Shown piece after piece: positions 1 through 12,903 of a stretch of 64,000 bases of DNA. Where the stretch lies: the NCBI GenBank assembly GCA_965113315.1, contig OZ220374.1; one strand, written 5' to 3'. Each line of letters starts with the position of its first letter. Positions within the stretch are counted from its first letter, which is position 1. The notes under the pieces are model-generated. The model was not told where the DNA came from. It was given only the letters and a program-made list of their open reading frames with translations, and did no database searches. This stretch comes from Podarcis vaucheri (lineage: Eukaryota). A program made the position numbers and the translations under genes.

Positions 1-1030
1 TTTCGAATTCCACGCGGGAGAAAACAATGACTAAACCACTACACACAGCTGCAGTGATTTGTACTACCTATTTTCCAAACTACCTATTATCTAGCTCCGC
101 CTACCTATCTTCAAAATTATGCTGTATTTTATTAATGCAAAAAGGAAAGATGACAATACTTAAAAGCGGACTTCCTTGCAGGACCTGAAGCGTAGCGCAT
201 AAGGTATAAAAGGGAAAACAATTGAAAAGGGAGGCCTTCCCAAGTCCGCCACAGGATTTGATGCCTGGTATTGTTGAGTATAATTTAAAGTTTTTAAATA
301 ATAATAATAATATATTTATTCTAAGGCTGTTATTAAGTGGAAACAATATGCTGCAATGTAAGCTTTCGTCACACAAGTCTTCGCTAGGCCGAATTTGATG
401 GAGGTTAAACCATCGCAATGGATTTGTACAAAGCGCTTTCGTCGCGTCCTTTTTGTGCGGCTCTGCTCAAGGCCGATTTAGTGTTCCCTTTTGAGTTTTC
501 TACCATTCTGCTTGATGCAACTGAAAAACACACAAAGCAACAAATTGAAAAAAAAAAGATGTGAATTTAAGCACCGGCCACATATACCTGTTCTCAGCCA
601 CCTTATTCTCTGCTCCCTATTGCCAGAATGTGTTAAGTCGGAAGCAGCGTTGATTTTCATAACAAAGAACGAATATTGTATATTGGGTCGAGGGAGGCTT
701 GAGCCATTTCTGATTTTCTTGGACCTCATTGATAAATATACCATGTCATCTGCTGGGAAGCCTGTACTTGGTTAGGCAAACTTTGTAGCATGAAGCAACG
801 TTGGCAACTGTGTATAAATAAATTCTGCCTTGAAAGTTTTGGCTAAACTTTATTCATAAAATGTACGTTACAATGTGTTTTTCCACTGTGAACATTGAGG
901 TATCTCGTGTTAAAATTGAAGGGGGCGGGAAGTGCGTGTGTGTGTGCGTCTGCGTGAATACTCTTCGGAGGTGCTGTCGTGTATCGCCCACGTTCGATGT
1001 GTTTTATGTTACACAGAAATAAAAAATGCT
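1..1030 (+). other. Probable distal 3'UTR of HOXA7 (CDS lies upstream of the window)
   Basis: Lies directly 5' of HOXA6 in a HoxA cluster. Has clustered miR-196 seed matches at 63-107 and AATAAA at about 818 and 1018-1023, with no credible ORF. Identity is inferred from gene order. Confidence 0.6.
63..107 (+). promoter_or_regulatory. Cluster of miR-196 seed-match sites
   Basis: ACTACCTA 8mers at 63-70 and 79-86 and CTACCTA at 101-107, complementary to the miR-196 5' end UAGGUAGU. HOXA7 is an established miR-196 target. Confidence 0.7.
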
Positions 1031-1914
1031 TGTTGACAAAATATCCTCTCTTTTTTATTATTAAAAGTTACATATCTATATAAACATTTATCTACACGTC
1101 TAGGCACACATGCAGACCCGCATCCAAATGCGAAAGTCCCGAGTATATACAAAACAACCCAAAGCAACTAACGATAACTCTCTCAACCTGGTACTTGGAA
1201 ATGAATGTTAATATAATCACTAAGATCTGCTCTCTCACAGTGATCTACTTTATATATGAGAATGAGCGAGCAGGCTGCTAGCCACCCAGCAAGCAACCCA
1301 AATATTACTTGGGCGGAAATCTCGTGGATTCCAATCAGAGTTCCTTCCCCATAGTATAATGGGGATATAAAAGAGAGATTTTGCTTAAGATGAGTCTACT
1401 GGTTCGTTGGAAAACATACATCTGATTTCGAAGTAGGTCCTAATTAACTAATTCATGATTTGTTTTTCAAACGCATCTCGCGAGGTATATATAAGCTGGT
1501 ATAGTCCGCACTTTGGAGAGGAAGTCACTGAAATTTCTGGAATGAAATGACTATAAGGCGCTTTAAGGCGCCGTCTGGAGGGTGCACGGTAGCCCCCGGA
1601 ACACGGAATTAAGGACAATGCCATTAGCAAAGATATAACACGTATAGAACCTATTTCCATAGCATATTCCCAAAATATTTCTCCTACGAGCAATTTTTCT
1701 CCCCGCCCCCTTTTTATTCATTTAAAGCAAAACTGAGTGCTATCTCTCATATATATATATATGGAAAGATAAATAAGAGTGGTGAATGAATAAGGGCAGA
1801 TTTCCTGCTGCTCTGTTAAAAGCGTGTGGCACAGTTTTAATATTCCCCCTATTATAAAATACAATTCAAAAATTGTCCAGACTGTGGGTCCTTTAAAAAA
1901 TCTAGAGCTTGCCT

Positions 1915-2217
1915 CTCTGGTAAAATGGCGCCTCTCTAAGTCCTGCCTCTTTCTTAGTGAGGAGGAAAGAGCCATAAATCCGTTGTTGTTTATGAAAATT
2001 TACAACTTTGCAATACAACTTTATGAGTGGTTCCGTTCCTCCATTGGTTGCCGATGGTCATGTGGATGGCAACCGTGAACATGAACTTTTTTATAATTTC
2101 CCTGGCGAGAATAGAGCTGCATTCTTTTGCTCAGCTCTGTCCTGCTTCGGATCTCTCTGGCTTTTCAGGTCCCCCCCCCCCTCCACCACCCCCGATTTTC
2201 ATTTGTCCTTTGTAAGT
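1915..2217 (+). promoter_or_regulatory. Conserved non-coding element: probable distal promoter and first non-coding exon between HOXA7 and HOXA6
   Basis: YY1-like AAAATGGCG 1922-1930; Hox/Cdx motifs CCATAAA 1972-1978 and TTTATGA at about 1989 and 2020; ATTGG (reverse CCAAT) 2043-2047; TTTTATAA at about 2089; strong donor GTAAGT 2212-2217. Resembles the conserved mammalian element in this interval (recollection). Confidence 0.6.
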
Positions 2218-5200
2218 CAATAGGGAGCCGGGTGGATGGAGGTTCAGAGCAGGCAGTCGCCTAGAACGCAGGTCTTGGATGGCAATTTCCAGTTCCTCCG
2301 CCGGAAGGTGTGGCATATTGGATTCAAAGCGCTGGAGTGGCAGATTTTCAACTCGCAACCTGGCTAATTTCCTGCTTCTTCTGGCACCAAAAGGAGGGCG
2401 ATTCGTCTCCGGTGCAGCCAAAGCGACAGCTGTCAAAGTAGCAGGGGCTCCTGCAAGCCAGAACCTAAAAAGGTGAGAAATTCAGAGAACTACCAGCATG
2501 AGCGAGCAACCTCTGTTATAACATTAGACTAGACAAACCTGGAAAATCAGCATCCTTCTCTGATACAGATTAGACATAGAATGTTGATCCGCCAAAGGTG
2601 CGATGGTGCCAATTGACTCTCTCTAAGCTTTCTGGATTGTGCCGGGTGCAATCAAAACAGACCAGAACTGCTAGTGAGCCTGTAGATATGCTATTTTAGC
2701 ACCGGCTGCAGCTACATTTGCTTAAGAATAACCTGTATTTTTTTGAAGCCACGGGAGATTTTAGAAACCGTCTCATTAAATGTTGCGTTGATAGTAAGGC
2801 AGAGCTGGAATGCTTCTAAAATGTGTATTTTAGCAAAGCGGGTGCGTTTTGACTTTTTGTGTGTTTAATGCGCGGTTGTTGTTGCTATGAGATCTGTCAA
2901 TGTAAATAGAGAGTTTAGGAACTTATCGCTTCATTTTAGATGTTAGGTGGAAATTAATTCCGGTAACGTCAGAGGATAGATTATGCATGCACTGGATTGC
3001 TCCATCTTCAGATGAAGATGTACGTACAATAGCATGGTAGTCACGTATATCGTATGGCGCCTGGATAACATTAGGAGCTTTTTAAAGTCCCGAAATGCAG
3101 CTTGTTCCTTAATGATAACTAAGGATTAAATGCAATAAGGAAGCTTACTTCAGAATCACAAAATGCGGCTTTTTGTTTGGTGGAGACGGGGGAGTGTTTG
3201 TGTGGATGTGAGAGAAAAACAGGTTAATGAAATAATAGAAAATTATCCTCAAAATTGGTATAGGTGGAAGGATGTGGTGAAGCAATATTTTCGTAAGGGT
3301 ACGTAATTTTGTGTGATGCGCCCATTTTGTGTCGTCTCCTTAAAATGGTTTTCTGGGAGGAAAATATTTCGGATTGCATATCTTCAAATATTCATTTCAG
3401 TTGTTAAAGATGAGAAGCAATTATCTTATGTGTTCAGAACGATGGGTGTCCCCCCCCCCACTTCTCCGAGCTGATAAAGAATTACGTGTGCATTGCATTG
3501 CAGTATCTGGCTGACTGCAACCGCAGTGAATGTCGGATTATTTATCGCCAAGTGGAGTGTACTCAGTGCTGCCACTGTGTGGTTGAAGGTGGCACTGGAC
3601 GCAGAGTGAGCTGGGGCAACCGCCAGTATCACACACACACAAACACACACACACCCGCAGAACGTAGCGGGTGGTTCTCCATTGGAAAACTCTATTTGTA
3701 AAAATCGGCCTTCAGTTGCCCACCTCAAGCCGTATCGCTTTAAGGATTCTTTTTCCGCGAGAGCTTAAAAAAAATTACGTGGCAGACGGGATTTGAAGGG
3801 GACACCCCAGAAAGATATTGTTGTTGAACTGAATGTTTTGGCGTGGTGAACTGGAAGGACCAGGAAGGGCTACTAACACGTCCAGTCTAAACAATAGCTG
3901 GGATTGCGAGAACTGCTTGGATTAGCGGCTGTTAGCTAAATGTTGCTTTCTGTTACACCTCTGAACCTAAGAAGGATTTGCAAGTGGATTTATACCTTAG
4001 GGAAACGGAGCTTTTAAGCTTAAGAGGGTAACTGCCCCCCCGCACCTGTATTCTAACTTTGTTTGACTTATGGCTTCGATTGAATGAAAGCCCGAGAGCA
4101 AAGGGGGTGGATGGGGGGAAACCTCGCACTGTTAAACGGGTAGTCACACATTTTAAATCGATGGGTACTGCTATATATATTTTTTTTAAAAAAAAAGTTT
4201 TGGAGTTTTGCATGTTTTCTTTTAAACGGGGCCACTCCAGCTGTTTACCTTGCTTCGGTCAGGAATGTGTCTCCGGGAGCTTGTCTGGGTTCATTTGAGA
4301 AGCTGCAGTCTATGGCAAGGCTTCTGCTTAGCAGATGTGGGTCTCGGAACCTCTAGCTGGGGAGGGGCGACTTTTTCTACTGGCAGACCTTGATATATTT
4401 GTACATTGGAATGCAACCATAACATTATTATTATTATTATTACATTGCATCTTGCTAAATAACCTCGTTAAGAGACCTGGTGAGCGTTGCATGCAGTTTC
4501 GTACTTTTAATTCTGCTTTATTTGGTTCTTGGTGAGTAAAAGAAAAATGAGGGAGATGCCTTCGTTATATTGCGCTGAATTTACAGACACTTCCCTACAG
4601 TTTGTATTTTTCCTGGCTGCTGGTCTTTGCAGGATAATTTGAGAGTGGCATTTTGGTTCATTAAGTCTGATGGGGTGGGGAACCCCAGCACAACTTCCTG
4701 AAAATATTAATAGAGAATGAAGAAATGTTTTACCTGTCCTTCAACCGTATGGAGTTTCCCACTTTCAAGTGCCTTGTGCATCCTGACGTTATATAGCTGC
4801 ACTGTAAAAATGTTTGAAACGTGATTTACTCATTTTTTGTTGTTGTCGGCGAATGGTTAGCTTCCTGTTCCTCTGCTTCTGAGCTCTCCCACCTATACTA
4901 TCGATTGCATTTATAGGTAACCTTTTAGCGGAAAGATTGGGGAAGTCCTTTGAAAGCACTCGCCATTATTGGAGGTAATCGAGAGTTGCCTGTGAAACCC
5001 CGATGAGGGGCGCAAACAATGCACACGGTGGGGAGACGTTTTAACTTACTGCTGTTTTATAGATCCCGTAATGGGACTCCGGAAATGAAACAAACCAGAT
5101 TGCAACTGGGACAAAGCTCACGGCTTTCAAGCCAATTGAGGGATAGTTTTTAAAGCGCCCATTCAAAAACTCGAGTCTTGTGGAGGGAAGTGTAAATCGC

Positions 5201-6683
5201 TACCCAGGCAATTGGCACAGAAAACATTTTGTGGGCCTCTGCCCTAAAGACACTTTACTTGGGACCAAAGTCCTAATGGGCTCAGGGGGGGGGGACTTAC
5301 TTCTGAGTAAACCTGCTTAGAAATGAATCAAATGTATTAAAAGCGTGGATCTATCAGATGTTAGCATTAGTACCTCTGCTACCTTAGGCCTAGGCATACC
5401 GCCTTCTTTTCATCACCCTAAAATTTCCACCACATTGTGGGGGAGGGATTACAGTGTGGTGCTTGCTAGGTGATGTCTGGGGGAGTCCACAAAAGCCAGG
5501 TTAAATATAAAGATGAAAAGGGGCAGCCCCCCACCCACCCAAAGTACTGGCTATAAAGGGTATTTGTGCAAAGTTCGCCATGACGGGTTTCCCCTCTGCC
5601 TGCCAGACTGAGACGAAAACAAGGACTAAAGCTGCAGATATATTCCTTGACGAGTTAAAAAATGTCAACAAGAAAAACAAGCCTGTCCTTGCCGGAATGA
5701 TTCAGCCTTTTCAAAGCTTCTGATGTCTTATCCTCAGCTACTTTCGAGAGGATTCCTTTGCCAAAAACAATAACAAAAAAAAACACACCACCCACTGCCA
5801 ACACACAATAACAACCACGTCGAGACATCCTCACTTCTTTCCTGCTTTCCGAATTACTATTAAAATTGTCTGGGTCAAGCTTAACAGACGAGATTATTTT
5901 CCTCAGCCACCCACAGGCTCCAAGAAGAAGAATCATTGCAGAGAGACGTATCTGCGTGCGCGTGTTTTCTTACTAACCAAATAAAACTAGACTAAGCGGT
6001 ATTCGATATTATTAATTATTATTATTATTATTACCTGAATCGAAACATTTTGGGAAGCCTTGTATGACTAAGCTTATTCTCCCCGCCCCACCCCGGACTA
6101 GGAATATGTGAAAATAATTGAAGCTTTTAATTGAGGTGGTCTCTTTTTAATCCGATCAATGAGCAGAAGTTCCCGTTTTCGAACTTGTTTGACATTTTCT
6201 TATTATATTTTTAAAATTCTTAGATACCACATAAATCAACCAACCGGCTGCCTTGCTTTCATCTTCCGGGGAGGGGGGGAGGCTGAGGGGTCCTGGCGGG
6301 AGAATCAATGGAGAGGGGGCAATGGGGAGTTTCCTGGGTGCTGCTTCATAACGCCTTCAGTCTAGACACCCTAACTTTGCAGAGGTGCCTCTTTTGCTTA
6401 CAGATGCCAGCGGGGCTGTGCTCTGGGTGTCTACAATCACCTTGATTTATTTATCTATACAACAACACACACACACACCCAATTCCTCTCTAGCCTTCCC
6501 CCCGCCTCCAGCTTTTTGGCACAGCGGACGATAACCGCTGTTTCCAAGTTGCCATCCATCTGCCGGGCTCCGGCGGCGGCTGAGATACGGCGGCTGGGGG
6601 GTGTTGTTTGTAACTTTGCTGGTTCGGTGGCGGCGGGTCCCAGGGGAGAAGGGCCCTCCGCCGCTCTCTCATTGGTCGCCGAG

Positions 6684-6697
6684 CCATCAGCTGGTGC
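6684..6697 (+). promoter_or_regulatory. CTCF-like site upstream of HOXA6 (candidate A6|A7 boundary site)
   Basis: CCATCAGCTGGTGC resembles the CTCF core CCACCAGGTGGCGC. Motif-level evidence only. Confidence 0.4.
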
Positions 6698-6749
6698 TAT
6701 TTGCTGCTGTCGCTTTTGGCGCTCGGCCATCCAGAAACAAACCACTTCG

Positions 6750-6782
6750 ATGACTACTAATAGTTATAGCCAGATGTACTAA
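6750..6782 (+). other. 10-codon uORF ([10 protein letters not shown]) in the HOXA6 leader
   Basis: ATG ACT ACT AAT AGT TAT AGC CAG ATG TAC TAA ends 38 nt before the HOXA6 ATG. Confidence 0.55.
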
Positions 6783-6820
6783 TACACAACAAATCACGGT
6801 CCGGGATCTGGGGAGCGTCA

Positions 6821-7271
6821 ATGAGTTCCTATTTTGTGAATCCCACTTTCCCGGCGAGCCTGCCTAATGGGCAGGAGTCGTTCCTCGGGCAGATCCCCAT
6901 CTACCCAGCTGGGTACGAGGCTCTGAGGCACTTCCCAGCCTCTTATGGGGCCGGCAGCCTGCAGGACAAGACCTACTCCTCACCTTGCTTCTATCAACAG
7001 TCCACCAACACGGTCATCGCCTGCAACCGGGCATCCTATGACTATGGAGCCTCCTGCTTCTATCCAGACAAGGACTTGGGCGGCGCCTCCTCGCCCTCCG
7101 GCAGTGGCAAGCAAAGGGCCAGCCACCCTGGGGACTATCTGCCCTGCTTTGCTTCTGACCAGCAGTACAAGCCCGAGAGCGGGCCGGCCAAAATCCTAAA
7201 CGAGGAAGGAAGCGACCGGAAGTACAGCAGTCCTGTTTATCCTTGGATGCAAAGGATGAACTCGTGCGCTG
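6821..7271 (+). CDS. HOXA6: Homeobox protein Hox-A6, coding exon 1 (join 6821..7271,8972..9228; 235 aa)
   Basis: N-terminus [11 protein letters not shown], hexapeptide [11 protein letters not shown], phase-1 donor G|GTAAGT at 7271/7272. Confidence 0.96.
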
Positions 7272-8343
7272 GTAAGTCACAGGGATGCAAGCAAGACTCA
7301 AGGGGTGGGCGGGCGAGTGAGGGTGAAAGTGAAGGTGAGGGGGGGGAGAGAGAGATAAAGGGCTTTGGGGGAGGATGGAGGAATATGAGAGGGGTTTTTT
7401 TTGCAGGGGGGTGAGCTGGATCTATGAAGACCAGTGTCACCTGCAAGCAAATGGGTAGACTGAGATTCCTCTCCAGGTTCTCCTCTATCCTGACACTTTG
7501 CTGGGCGGGGTGAGGTCGGGTGGGGGGTGGGGGGCTACTTTGAAAAAGTATGCATTTATTTATTTATTTATTTATTTATTTTAAAGGAAAGGTCGCCTAA
7601 AGTCTGAGTCAGCAGATAAAGGTTGCAATGCCCAACAGTCATACCTGAGAGCCAGTTCGGTATAAAGTACTAAGATCTGGTGCTCGTTGTAGGCTTGGTT
7701 GGTGGTTACTGCTGCTACCAGTACGAAATAATCATGATTAAAAGAAGCCCGCTTCCCTGAGAGCCAAAGACTGATGCAGAGGAATATGCCCTCTGTATTG
7801 ACTGCTCAATATATTTGCAAGACAGATCCTCTCTTCCCCCTCCCTTCACCCACCCATTACTGTGTATGTATTAGCTACTGAATGCACGTTTTCCAGTAAT
7901 ATGTGCACGCACACAAATCATCTACTGGGGGCGGAGGAGGTGGGAAGAGAGGAAACTTGATCAATGGCCAAATTCCCATTGATTTCAATGGATCAGAATT
8001 TCATCCTTTGTCCATCTTAAAGGGGAAGTTTGGAAAAGACATGCAAAATTAAAACTCCACGACGCATTTTTATTCAGGTTTTTCCTACATAAGTTTACCT
8101 TCTCCGTTGTGAGCTTGTTTCTTTTGGGGGGTACCACACTGCAGTAAATATAACACTGCAGGGGCGGGGGCTTGTTGCTTTAATAATGCATCCTAGGATT
8201 TATTTCTTTGTAATTATGTTCGTTTCTAGGCTGTTATCCTAAGAGCACTTCCTTGAAAGTAGGCTTTACTGAAATCGATGGCCTTGCAAATAAATGAGCT
8301 CAGAAACTGGTATCTGTTGCTTTAATTATTATGAAAGGTCGTG

Positions 8344-8462
8344 GTCCAGACAAAGTTAAGCACTTTCAGGTCGCACTTATTTTAAATCGAGCAGAGTTAA
8401 GGACGTGCGCCTGCTCGAGTTTGCCTCTGAAAACCAATGGAGCTGCTTAACTTTGTCCGGAT
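8344..8462. mobile_element. Short inverted-repeat (MITE-like) element in the HOXA6 intron
   Basis: Left arm GTCCAGACAAAGTTAAGCA (8344-8362) matches the reverse complement of TGCTTAACTTTGTCCGGAT (8444-8462) at 17/19. Confidence 0.6.
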
Positions 8463-8481
8463 CCTGCCCAGGTACCCTATC

Positions 8482-8570
8482 GGCGTGATCTTAGGCATGT
8501 TCACTTATAAGTAGGTCCTGCTGAGTTCCATGGGGTTTACTCCCAGGCAGATGGGTATAGGATTGCAGCC
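8482..8570. mobile_element. Copy of the ~90-bp palindromic MITE-like family
   Basis: Ends TAGGATTGCAGCC with a degenerate matching left end. The central CCTGCTGAGTTCCATGGGGTTTACTCCCAGG is shared with other copies. Confidence 0.6.
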
Positions 8571-8946
8571 TGAGTTTGTGCCGACGCCACAGCGAGATAG
8601 AAATGTTACACACCCCACACAGAGTCAGTCACAGCGTGTGCATATGTGCCCGTTTGCGTGCCATATGAGAGTATTTTCTGCGTGTTGAGCGCGGAATTTT
8701 AGCCCCGACGTCAATACGAACATTGGCTTCCCAAAGTTCTGCTACCAACTTAGATATCCCTGGGAAAATTTAACCCGGGAAACGTTGAGGAAGGGACTGA
8801 ACTTTCCCCACGCATCTCCTTATATCTTCCTATGCAAGGATATGGGCTGGGGGTGGGGGAGAGAGGGGGGAAATCACACACACCAGCGCAGCTCGAAGCA
8901 GTTTTCCTCCATTGTTAACAGAAAGCACGAAGGCCTCTCCAACTGA

Positions 8947-9228
<282 letters not shown>

Positions 9229-10241
9229 AACAATGCTTACAACGAGGCGGGTGTGTGTGTGTGTGGAGTTGCCACTATACCCTCTCTTTAGTTGCTCTTT
9301 ACATCTCCCTTTACCCCTCCCCTCTTATGTTCCTCCAGGAATATATATATATATATAGATATAATTCGTATTGTAATGGTTCTGACGACTTTCAAAGGCT
9401 TGATTAAAATATATACCTATTTATATATATCTATATATATTTGCAATTAACTGTGAATTTCTGGATCGGTAGGATAAATGGACATGGAAGGGAGTGATGT
9501 ACATAGTCAGGTCTCCAAAGTGTAGGTTAGGATATGCTTCAGATGGTATCAAGATTCTTTAAAAAAACAAAACCACACCAAACAAACTTTGAAGTGGAGC
9601 ATCGGTGATAATATGAAAGACTGGAAATTGGTGGAATGGCTTCCAGGGACAAAAAAAGAGGGGGGCGGCGGTCGCTTGCTCAGAGGGAAACCTCCATATT
9701 CTAGGACGGCCAGAGATGTACATGCGTCTTATTTATGTCTTTGCTGCTAGCTCGGGATAGATTGGTGCCATTGTTCGTCTCCTTTTCACCTCAGACCTGA
9801 GCCCATTCATTCGGATTTTTTAAAAAAATACAAAACAAAAAATAAAAAGACTCCATGATTAAAGTTGCCACCATGGCGATTTTATGGCACCGAAATATTA
9901 CAGTACAGATTAGGAAAAGCCTGTTTCCTTGTACATATGATTGAAATATTTAGTTAGGATCCCACCCCACCAAAAAGAAAAAGAGGGAAAGGGGAAATTT
10001 CAATAATGAGATTAAGCGTTTTTCTGTTGTGGTTGTTTTTTTTAAGTACAGCCTTGAAGTGTTGATGAACCGCTATGGATGTTAAAAAATGGCCACATAT
10101 TTGCGTACTGTTTTGTTTCAATTAGCAAAAGCCTGCATTTAAAAAACCCCCACAAAGCTCAAAATACTGTAATTAAAAGCACAACAAGTGAAGGGAGAAG
10201 TATCTCCAGGCAGGCAGAGATGGGTAGAGTTCTAATTAGAG

Positions 10242-10254
10242 GAGAGAGAGAGAG

Positions 10255-10299
<45 letters not shown>

Positions 10300-10306
10300 A
10301 CACACA
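10242..10306. repeat. Compound (GA)n(GT)n(AC)n microsatellite
   Basis: Directly visible. Confidence 0.9.
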
Positions 10307-11433
10307 TGTATATGCACGCTCACAAACACAACTTGACTATCGAGGGTAACTTTGATTTCTGAGTACTGTTGAAGGAGTAGGCAGAATACTGAATCGTGGC
10401 TGTTTCCCCAACCTCCCTCCTTCACATTTGGTTAAATTTCTAAACAACGACAGTAAATTATGATGGTGATGGAAGCAAAGTCGAAATGCAGCTACTATTC
10501 TATGCTTTCATTGAGAATGTGTGGAAGAAGGATCCGGCGCAAGCACGGTTTGCTTTAAATAACAGTGACAGTGAAAATGTGTCTTTATATATGCGATTAA
10601 GTGTGTTTGGCGTCCTCTGTGTATATGTGGAAATGCAAAGGTCTTTTTCGATACTATGAAAAGTGTACTTTTTGGGCAATGACTCTGAATACTAATAAAA
10701 GTGTAATAGTGAAAACCTACCCCTCAAAAGATCACCAACCTTATATATATATATATGTTGTTGTGAAATTGGGTGGGGGAGGAAGAGAATATGCCATGGT
10801 GTCATAAAATGATACTGGGGTTTGCTTGCTTTTAGTTCCAGGCTGTTTAAAAGAGGCTTAGAGAACAGCTCAGCGGAAGGAAATTTTGAAATCGGCACTG
10901 ATCTTTAAAAATGCACAGCGATCGATCCCCCGCCACCCCTTTTATCCTGGTTTTTCAAGCGCCTGAGAAAAAAGGACACCATAGTAATTGTTGCTAGAAT
11001 GTTGGGGTTTATTGCTTTCCTCTAATTGGCTTCAATAATAATTAGTCTTTTCCCTTCCTCCCGCAAAAGAAACCCCTGTATATATATATATATATATATG
11101 GCTCTCTCTATTTATATAGCTTTTGTTTGTAAAGAATCTCTAGCAGAATGGGGGATGTTAGGAAATAATAAAGGAATGTGCAAGATTAAAAGGAATCTTA
11201 TTGAAAAGGAAAGGTTGAATATATTATTTCTCCCCTATGCTTCTGAATTCTTGCTGGTTTTCTGATCTGGAGCCGATAGCCCTTAAAAATTGGTCCATAC
11301 TAATGGAACTGTGTGAGAGATGCCATAATTTTGCTATAATGGGCTGTAACCTCGATTCGACCCCAGACTTGCGAGTAAGCCCCTCGCTGGGGCTGGGGGG
11401 GGGGTGTTGCGGAGGTGAAGATCCCGCTTTCCT

Positions 11434-11447
11434 CCAGAGGGTGGCGC
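11434..11447 (+). promoter_or_regulatory. CTCF site, candidate orthologue of the Hoxa5|Hoxa6 boundary element
   Basis: CCAGAGGGTGGCGC about 390 bp upstream of the HOXA5 ATG. Position and motif fit the known CTCF boundary between Hoxa5 and Hoxa6. Confidence 0.6.
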
Positions 11448-11829
11448 ACGAGGCCGACTGACAGTCGCGAGCTGGCGGCCGGGTGCGCGCGCCGGCGCGC
11501 GCGCCCCAGCCCTTCCAGCATCCACCCAAACTNNNNNNNNNNNNNNNNNNNNNNNNNNNNNNNNNNNNNNNNNNNNNNNNNNNNNNNNNNNNNNNNNNNN
11601 NNNNNNNNNNNNNNNNNNNNNNNNNNNNNNNNNNNNNNNNNNNNNNNNNNNNNNNNNNNNNNNNNNNNNNNNNNNNNNNNNNNNNNNNNNNNNNNNNNNN
11701 NNNNATAGACGCACCAAAAAACGAAGCAAAGAGCCACAAATCAAGCCCCCCGATCAAAAAAAAAAAAGCAACAAAAAAATCCCAACCAACAACAACAACA
11801 AAAAAATCATCATCAACAAAAAAAAACAA

Positions 11830-12523
11830 ATGAGCTCTTATTTTGTAAACTCATTTTGCGGTCGCTATCCAAATGGCCCGGACTACCCGTTACATAATTA
11901 TGGAGATCCCAGTGCCGTGAGCGAGCAATTCAGGGACTCCGCCAGCATGCATTCCGGCAGGTACGGCGGCGGTGGCGGTGGCGGCGGAGGCTACGGCTAC
12001 AATGGCATGGACCTCAGCGTCGGCCGCTCGGCTTCCAGCCACTTTGGGGCAGGGGGCCCCTCGGAGAGGGCTCGCAGCAGCTACCCCGCCAGCGCTGCCC
12101 CCGAGGCCAGGTACGCCAGCCGGGCGGCGGCGGCGGGGGCCACGGGGGCCACTCACTCGCCTCCGCCTGACCCTCTGCCCTGCGCCGCTGCCGTGGCGGC
12201 GGCCACCTCGCCTGTCAGCGGCGACGCTCATCACGGCGGCAGCGTGAAAAACTCCACGGCCAACTCGAGCAGCACTTCGTCCACTTCCAGCAGCGGCGCC
12301 AGCAGCAGCAGCAGCAGCACCAGCGCCAGCAGCAGCGCCAGCAGCACCGGCAACAACCCCCACCACCTAGGCAGAGAAGGGCTCAGCACGTCGCCCGGCA
12401 CCGAGGAGGACGCCCCGGCCAGCAGCGAGCAGGCGAATCCCCAGCAGAACGACCAAAGCACAGCTCCACAACCGCCACAGCCCCAGATCTACCCCTGGAT
12501 GAGAAAACTGCACATAAGCCATG
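11830..12523 (+). CDS. HOXA5: Homeobox protein Hox-A5, coding exon 1 (join 11830..12523,13758..14008; 314 aa)
   Basis: [29 protein letters not shown], hexapeptide [13 protein letters not shown]; donor G|GTAAAA at 12523/12524. Confidence 0.97.
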
Positions 12524-12868
12524 GTAAAAAGCATGCCCGGATTACAATATCTATGTATGAGAGAGGGGTGGGGAGGGGGGGAGTGTGGGTCGAGGGAGAG
12601 AGAAGGTAGATTGTTTGCAAAAGAGGAAACGTGGTGGGCAAGAAATGTGCTTTCTCTTGCTCTCTGTCTTCCTCTGCCTGCTTGTCTGATCTTCTGGTCT
12701 ATGCGGAGGGAACCCCCCCCAAAAAAAAAAACCCCGTCCCTCTTGGAAAATGCAAGTGGGACTTTGGAAATCGGGGTAGGGTGAGCCAAGCTCTCTTTAA
12801 TAACTCTTCTAAGTCTCCCGGACTGTGAGGTGTAATTGAAATTTGGGGGGAGGGGAGAGAGGGAAAGC

Positions 12869-12903
<35 letters not shown>

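Noticed and set aside
7272-7414. Read-through of exon 1 ORFs into introns (also at HOXA5, A4, A3 and A2)
   Set aside because: Canonical phase-1 donors sit just after each hexapeptide and the read-through tails have no homology.
7503-7534. G-quadruplex-like G-runs in the HOXA6 intron (also about 63610-63650)
   Set aside because: G-runs are common throughout this window, and nothing singles these out as functional.
11890-12366. 158-aa antisense ORF over HOXA5 exon 1
   Set aside because: Same shadow effect from AGC/GCC repeats.
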